Source of the DNA: a bacterium
Lineage (GTDB): Bacteria; Desulfobacterota_D; UBA1144
NCBI GenBank assembly: GCA_002715585.2
Contig: PAZJ02000005.1
Coordinates: 67,482 to 131,481 of the forward strand
Length of the DNA: 64,000 nucleotides
Reading direction: 5' to 3'
Each line of letters starts with the position of its first letter. Position 1 is the stretch's first letter. The position numbers and the translations under genes were made by a program. The notes below the pieces were generated by a model. That model saw only the letters and a list, made by a program, of their open reading frames with translations, did no database searches and had not been told where the DNA came from. Of this stretch, positions 59,434-64,000 are shown piece by piece.

Positions 59434-60675
59434 ATGAAAAAAATATTATATAAATTTAGAGCATTAGGTCCTTCAATTTTATGGGCATCTGCTGCAATTG
59501 GTGTATCCCACATAGTTCAATCTACACGTGCTGGCGCTAACTTTGGATACATTATGTTAATTGCTGTAGTTCTGGCAAACCTTATAAAGTACCCATTTTT
59601 TGAATTTTCAACTAGATATACGGTTGTGAAAAATGAAACGGTTTTAGATGGATATAAGAAAATAGGTAGATGGGCTATATATTTATTCACCTCTCTAACT
59701 TTTTTAACCATGTTCACAATACAAGCAGGTGTAACTAGAGTTACTGCAGCAATATTAAAAAATTGGCTTAATTTAGATTTTGGTTTCATTACTTGTTCAC
59801 TAATTATATTGACATTATGTATGGGACTGATCCTATTTATGAAAAAACAATTATTTGACTCTTTTGTTAAGATATTAGTCTTAACATTAATAGTTTCTAC
59901 ATTGATATCTTTATTTTTAACTTTTGATATAGATAAAGAAATGAGTCCAACATTTATTGAACCAAAAATATTATCTTATGCGGGAGTAACTTTTCTAATA
60001 GCTCTTATTGGGTGGATGCCATCACCGCTAGATTTATCTGCATGGTCTTCAATTTGGATTATTGAAAAAAAAACAAGTGGTAGAGATGTTTCTTATGTAG
60101 ATAATAAATTTGATTTTAATTTTTCATACATTTGGACTTCTATTTTAGCATGTGCTTTCATTATTTTGGGCGCCAATGTTTTTTATGGATCAGGAATTGA
60201 TTTTGGAAGTTCAGCCACAAAATTTGTTCAACAATTAGCAAAGCTTTATAGTTCTCTTGGACCATGGGCTGAAAATATTATTTTATTCACTGCATTTGCA
60301 ACAATGTTTAGTACAACTCTTACATGTCTTGATGCCTTCCCTAGAGTTATAAAAAAATGCTATCAATTATTGGTAAGCAAAGAATCTGATAAAATCACTG
60401 AAAATATTTTATTAATTTTTGTTATTATTGGAACCATTATTACAATAGCATTTCTTGGATTACACATGAGATTTCTCATCGATTTGGCAACCATATTATC
60501 ATTCTTGACAGCTCCGTTCATAGCTATATTAAATTATAAACTTATTTTCAATAATAATTTTCCATCAAAGTTTAAGCCTGGTAAAAATTTAAAATTATTA
60601 GCAATTTATGGGATAATTTTTTTGATATTTTTCAGTATTATATTTGTACTTAACCTTATGGGACTATTTTTTTAA
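59434..60675 (+). CDS. Nramp-related divalent metal cation transporter family protein
   Basis: 413 aa, about 11 TM. N-terminal LGPSILWASAAIGVSHIVQSTRAGANFGY resembles the Nramp/MntH N-terminus. Confidence 0.65.
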   Translation: MKKILYKFRALGPSILWASAAIGVSHIVQSTRAGANFGYIMLIAVVLANLIKYPFFEFSTRYTVVKNETVLDGYKKIGRWAIYLFTSLTFLTMFTIQAGVTRVTAAILKNWLNLDFGFITCSLIILTLCMGLILFMKKQLFDSFVKILVLTLIVSTLISLFLTFDIDKEMSPTFIEPKILSYAGVTFLIALIGWMPSPLDLSAWSSIWIIEKKTSGRDVSYVDNKFDFNFSYIWTSILACAFIILGANVFYGSGIDFGSSATKFVQQLAKLYSSLGPWAENIILFTAFATMFSTTLTCLDAFPRVIKKCYQLLVSKESDKITENILLIFVIIGTIITIAFLGLHMRFLIDLATILSFLTAPFIAILNYKLIFNNNFPSKFKPGKNLKLLAIYGIIFLIFFSIIFVLNLMGLFF

Positions 60676-60690
60676 GTTATAATGTATGTT

Positions 60691-60921
60691 ATGAATGAAG
60701 AATATATTAAAGATAAAATTGAAAAAGGTATAAATTGTACTTCTGTAAATGTGACTGGGGATGGTACTCATTTTGAAGCAATAATTATAAGTTCAGAATT
60801 TGATGGAAAAAATACTTTAGAAAGACATAAGATGGTATATTCTGTCCTCCAAGAGGAGATGAAAGAGGCAATTCACGCACTTTCAATGAAAACACTAACG
60901 ATAGAAGAATCTAAAAATTAA
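60691..60921 (+). CDS. bolA: BolA family protein
   Basis: VTGDGTHFEAIIIS..F.G...LERHKMVY..L..EMKEAIHALSMKT. ATG 60691 is preferred because ATG 60682 lies inside a TATAAT hexamer. Confidence 0.85.
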   Translation: MNEEYIKDKIEKGINCTSVNVTGDGTHFEAIIISSEFDGKNTLERHKMVYSVLQEEMKEAIHALSMKTLTIEESKN

Positions 60922-60945
60922 TCTTAAATTAACATAGGAGAAAAA

Positions 60946-61254
60946 ATGAATAATATTACTGAGGAAATAAAAAAAACTATTAGTGAAAATAAAATTGTTT
61001 TGTATATGAAAGGAACTCCTGAAAGTCCGCAGTGTGGATTTTCTGCCAAAGTTGTACAAATATTAAATGACATAGGCACAATTTTCATATCCTATGACGT
61101 TTTAGCTGATCCAGAGCTAAGATCAGGAATCAAAGAGTTTTCTAACTGGCCAACTATACCTCAGCTCTATGTTAATGGAGAGTTTGTGGGTGGATGTGAT
61201 ATTTGCATTGAACTATATGAGAAAGGTGAACTTGCAAATATTTTAGATAATTAA
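60946..61254 (+). CDS. grxD: Monothiol glutaredoxin (Grx4 family)
   Basis: CGFS active site; WPTIPQLYVNGEFVGGCDI; GGAG SD. Confidence 0.93.
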   Translation: MNNITEEIKKTISENKIVLYMKGTPESPQCGFSAKVVQILNDIGTIFISYDVLADPELRSGIKEFSNWPTIPQLYVNGEFVGGCDICIELYEKGELANILDN

Positions 61255-63911
61255 TGTCAAAACATCTCTTTATTTTGGATGCTAGCTCATATGTTTTCAG
61301 AGCATATCATGCTATAGGTTTACTTGCTAATTCCAAAGGCTTCCCAACAAATGCAATTTTTGGATTTATTAATATGTTAAATAGGTTTATCCAAGATGTT
61401 AATCCAGAATATTTTGTAGCAGTTTTTGATTCGGGTGGCAAATCTTTTAGAAATGAAATTTATGATGACTATAAAGCAAATAGGGGCGAAGCCCCTGAGG
61501 ACATATCTCTTCAATTTCCAAAAATTATTGAATATCTAAAACTTAGAGGAATTTGTGTTATGTCACGTGAAAATTTTGAGGCTGATGATATCATTGGATC
61601 TTTATCAAAAAAATTTCAAAGTAAAAATAAAATAACAATTATCTCAGGAGATAAAGATTTTGCACAACTGATAAATAAAAAAACAATCATGCTTGATACA
61701 ATGAAAAACAAAATAACTGATGATAAGGAGGTCTTCTCAAAATATGGTTTAAAACCAAAGCAAATGATTGATTATTTCTCATTAGTTGGAGATTCGATTG
61801 ATAACATTCCTGGAGTTAGAGGTATCGGTCCAAAGACAGCTCAATCTCTAATACATAAATTTAAAACTTTAGATAATTTATATAAAAATATTAAAAAAGT
61901 CGATAAAGAGAGAATAAAAAATTTATTAGAAGAAAATAAAGAGCTCGCATACATTAGCAAAGAATTAGTGACCATCAATACAAATTTAGAAATAACAGAC
62001 GATTTCAATCAATTTAAGATTTCTTCCTCAAATAATGAAGAACTTAATAATTTTTTTAAAAATTTAGAATTTGATTCGATGATTGAGAATGATGAAAAAC
62101 CAATTTCTAGAAATACAAAATATTTAATAATTAATAATGTTAAGGATTTTTTGAAACTTAAAAAGTCTTTATCTAAAATTAAAGAGTTTTCACTGGATCT
62201 TGAAACTACTTCAATTAATGCATTAGATGCTAAAATAGTAGGTATTGCTATTTCATATAATCCTGATGAAGGTTTTTATATTCCATTAAACCATGAGACA
62301 GATATTGATCAATTAGATTTAAATTATGTTTTAGAAAACTTAAAAGAAATTTTAGAAAGCGAAAAAATAAAAAAAATTGGTCAGAATTTAAAATATGAAA
62401 TTTTAGTATTTAAAAATTATTCAATCTATTTACGGGGTATATATTTTGATACAATGGTCGCCTCACACTTTCTAGACAGCTCACTTCAAAGTTACAGTTT
62501 GGATAACTTATCTAGAAGATTTTTAGATCATAAAATGCTGAGTTATAAAGATATAACCAAGATTGAAAAGAAAGAGATTCCTTTCAAGGAAGTTCCTGTA
62601 GATATAGCTATGAACTATGCATGCGAAGATTCAGATATTACCTACAAGCTACATAGCATATTCAAAGATAAATTATTAGATAAAGATTTATTTGAGAAAT
62701 TTCAAAAGAATGAGATGCCCTTTGTTTCGGTTTTAGCAAATTTAGAATCAAATGGTGTTTATATAGATTCTAAAAAGCTTAAAGTTATCTCAGTAGAATT
62801 TGAAAAAAAAATTAGTAAAATTGAAAAAAAAATATACAAAGGAGTAGACTTCGAATTTAACATTAATTCAACTCTTCAGCTAAGAGATATTTTGTTTAAT
62901 AAATTAAAACTCAAACCTTTTAAAAAAACCAAGAAAGGAGAGTTCTCTACAGATTCAGAATCCTTACAAAGTATTGAAGATCAGCACAGTATAATAAGTG
63001 AAATATTGGCTTATCGCTTCTATACAAAATTAAAATCCACCTATCTCGATTCTTTACCTGAATTGATTAATTTTAATTCAAATAGGGTACATACATCTTA
63101 TAATCAAACCGGGACTTCTACTGGAAGGCTATCTTCAAGTAACCCAAATTTACAAAATATTCCAATAAAAACCGAAGAAGGCAAACAGATTCGAGAATCT
63201 TTTTCTACCCCTAAGAATGATTCAGTTATTATTTCAGCAGATTATTCACAAATTGAACTTAGGTTGCTTGCACATTTTTCTGCTGATCCAACAATGCTGA
63301 AAAGCTATACAGACAACGAAGATATTCACTCAAATACCGCGTCGGAAATTTTTGAAATGCCAATTAATAAAATAACATCTCAACAAAGAAGTTTAGCAAA
63401 AACAATAAACTTTGGAATTATTTATGGTATAGGACCAAAAAGGTTATCACTACAAATAGATAGTGATATAAAGACAGCAAGGGAGTATATTGAAAAATAT
63501 TTTGCAAGGTATTCTAAAGTTAAAAATTATTTTGAAGATACAATTAATTTCACAAGAGAAAATGGATACATTGAGACAATATTAAATCGTAAAAGATATT
63601 TAAAAGATATAAATTCCAAAAATTTTATATTAAGATCTGCAAATGAAAGGGCCGCAATTAATACTCCAATTCAAGGCTCTGCCGCTGATATTATAAAATT
63701 AGCGATGATTGATATAGACAGAGATAAGGAGCTTCAACATTATGCAAAATTGGTGATTCAGGTACATGATGAACTTGTTTTTGAGTGTAAAAAAGATAAA
63801 GTAGAATATGTATCAAAAAAAGTTAAAAATTATATGGAAAATTCTATTAAAATAAAAGTTCCACTAAAAGTTGACATTAAAAAAGGGCAATCATGGTCAG
63901 ATGCACATTAA
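61254..63911 (+). CDS. polA: DNA polymerase I
   Basis: 5'-nuclease domain, 3'-5' exonuclease ExoI (LDLETT), polymerase motifs (DYSQIELR, QVHDELV). TAATG overlap with grxD. Confidence 0.95.
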   Translation: MSKHLFILDASSYVFRAYHAIGLLANSKGFPTNAIFGFINMLNRFIQDVNPEYFVAVFDSGGKSFRNEIYDDYKANRGEAPEDISLQFPKIIEYLKLRGICVMSRENFEADDIIGSLSKKFQSKNKITIISGDKDFAQLINKKTIMLDTMKNKITDDKEVFSKYGLKPKQMIDYFSLVGDSIDNIPGVRGIGPKTAQSLIHKFKTLDNLYKNIKKVDKERIKNLLEENKELAYISKELVTINTNLEITDDFNQFKISSSNNEELNNFFKNLEFDSMIENDEKPISRNTKYLIINNVKDFLKLKKSLSKIKEFSLDLETTSINALDAKIVGIAISYNPDEGFYIPLNHETDIDQLDLNYVLENLKEILESEKIKKIGQNLKYEILVFKNYSIYLRGIYFDTMVASHFLDSSLQSYSLDNLSRRFLDHKMLSYKDITKIEKKEIPFKEVPVDIAMNYACEDSDITYKLHSIFKDKLLDKDLFEKFQKNEMPFVSVLANLESNGVYIDSKKLKVISVEFEKKISKIEKKIYKGVDFEFNINSTLQLRDILFNKLKLKPFKKTKKGEFSTDSESLQSIEDQHSIISEILAYRFYTKLKSTYLDSLPELINFNSNRVHTSYNQTGTSTGRLSSSNPNLQNIPIKTEEGKQIRESFSTPKNDSVIISADYSQIELRLLAHFSADPTMLKSYTDNEDIHSNTASEIFEMPINKITSQQRSLAKTINFGIIYGIGPKRLSLQIDSDIKTAREYIEKYFARYSKVKNYFEDTINFTRENGYIETILNRKRYLKDINSKNFILRSANERAAINTPIQGSAADIIKLAMIDIDRDKELQHYAKLVIQVHDELVFECKKDKVEYVSKKVKNYMENSIKIKVPLKVDIKKGQSWSDAH

Positions 63912-64000
63912 TTTTAGTACTTTCCATAGTATTTGTTCCCGTAGTTTTTGCAAGCACAATCAAAGATATAATAAATGAGCAATCAAAAATTTCACCAAAT
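63893..64000 (+). CDS. 5' end of a secreted/exported protein gene, runs off the window
   Basis: ATG 63893 lies inside the polA 3' end. It encodes the signal-peptide-like MVRCTLILVLSIVFVPVVFASTIK.., and the frame stays open to base 64000. Confidence 0.35.
   Translation, partial: MVRCTLILVLSIVFVPVVFASTIKDIINEQSKISPN

Noticed and set aside
53557-60675. Genomic island integrated at tRNA-Asn (umuDC plus the flavoprotein operon)
   Set aside because: There is no integrase or recombinase. I could not find a direct repeat of the tRNA 3' end by eye, and there is no obvious compositional shift. This can only be tested by comparative genomics.
1-64000. CRISPR arrays, transposons/IS elements, prophage genes, toxin-antitoxin pairs, restriction-modification or other defence systems, rRNA, and long repeats
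   Set aside because: None is seen. Intergenic space is nearly absent, and every sizeable ORF is accounted for by a housekeeping or membrane protein. I could not run an exhaustive repeat search by eye.

Overview
This is an AT-rich (about 30% G+C by eye, not computed), very compact chromosomal segment from a diderm, aerobic, probably streamlined free-living bacterium; I cannot assign the taxon by eye. I call about 57 protein genes, 3 tRNAs (Val-GAC, Met-CAU, Asn-GUU) and a type-A RNase P RNA. Coding density is very high: many stop/start overlaps, several convergent 3' overlaps, and most intergenic gaps are under 60 nt. Content is overwhelmingly housekeeping. DNA repair and replication: uvrA, mfd, polA, umuDC. 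Translation: thrS-infC-rpmI-rplT, tyrS, alaS, rplU-rpmA, truA. Amino-acid, purine and NAD metabolism: serA-hisZ-purA, purC, gcvTHP, leuB, hisDC, nadE. Respiration: a complete caa3-type oxidase operon (sco-coxBACD-ctaA-ctaB). Others: rpoH, tatC, lnt, bolA-grxD. I found no transposase, integrase, CRISPR array, toxin-antitoxin pair, recognisable defence gene, rRNA or large repeat. I do not see a convincing novel 'system'. The best candidates for uncharacterised biology are: (1) a four-gene translationally coupled operon at 55780-59399, with two flavoproteins and two unassignable membrane proteins, abutting umuDC; (2) an oversized nitroreductase-fold protein downstream of rhodanese and SufU-like genes; (3) an S41 protease with a ~470-aa unassigned C-terminal extension, coupled to an orphan OppB-type permease. 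Points that change the annotation: infC starts at a non-canonical AUA with a strong SD inside thrS; rnpB lies under a spurious ORF; all three tRNAs sit 10-18 nt upstream of protein genes; and a -10 hexamer recurs 6-8 nt before the ATG of several operon-leading genes, suggesting leaderless mRNAs. All promoter calls are motif-based guesses.
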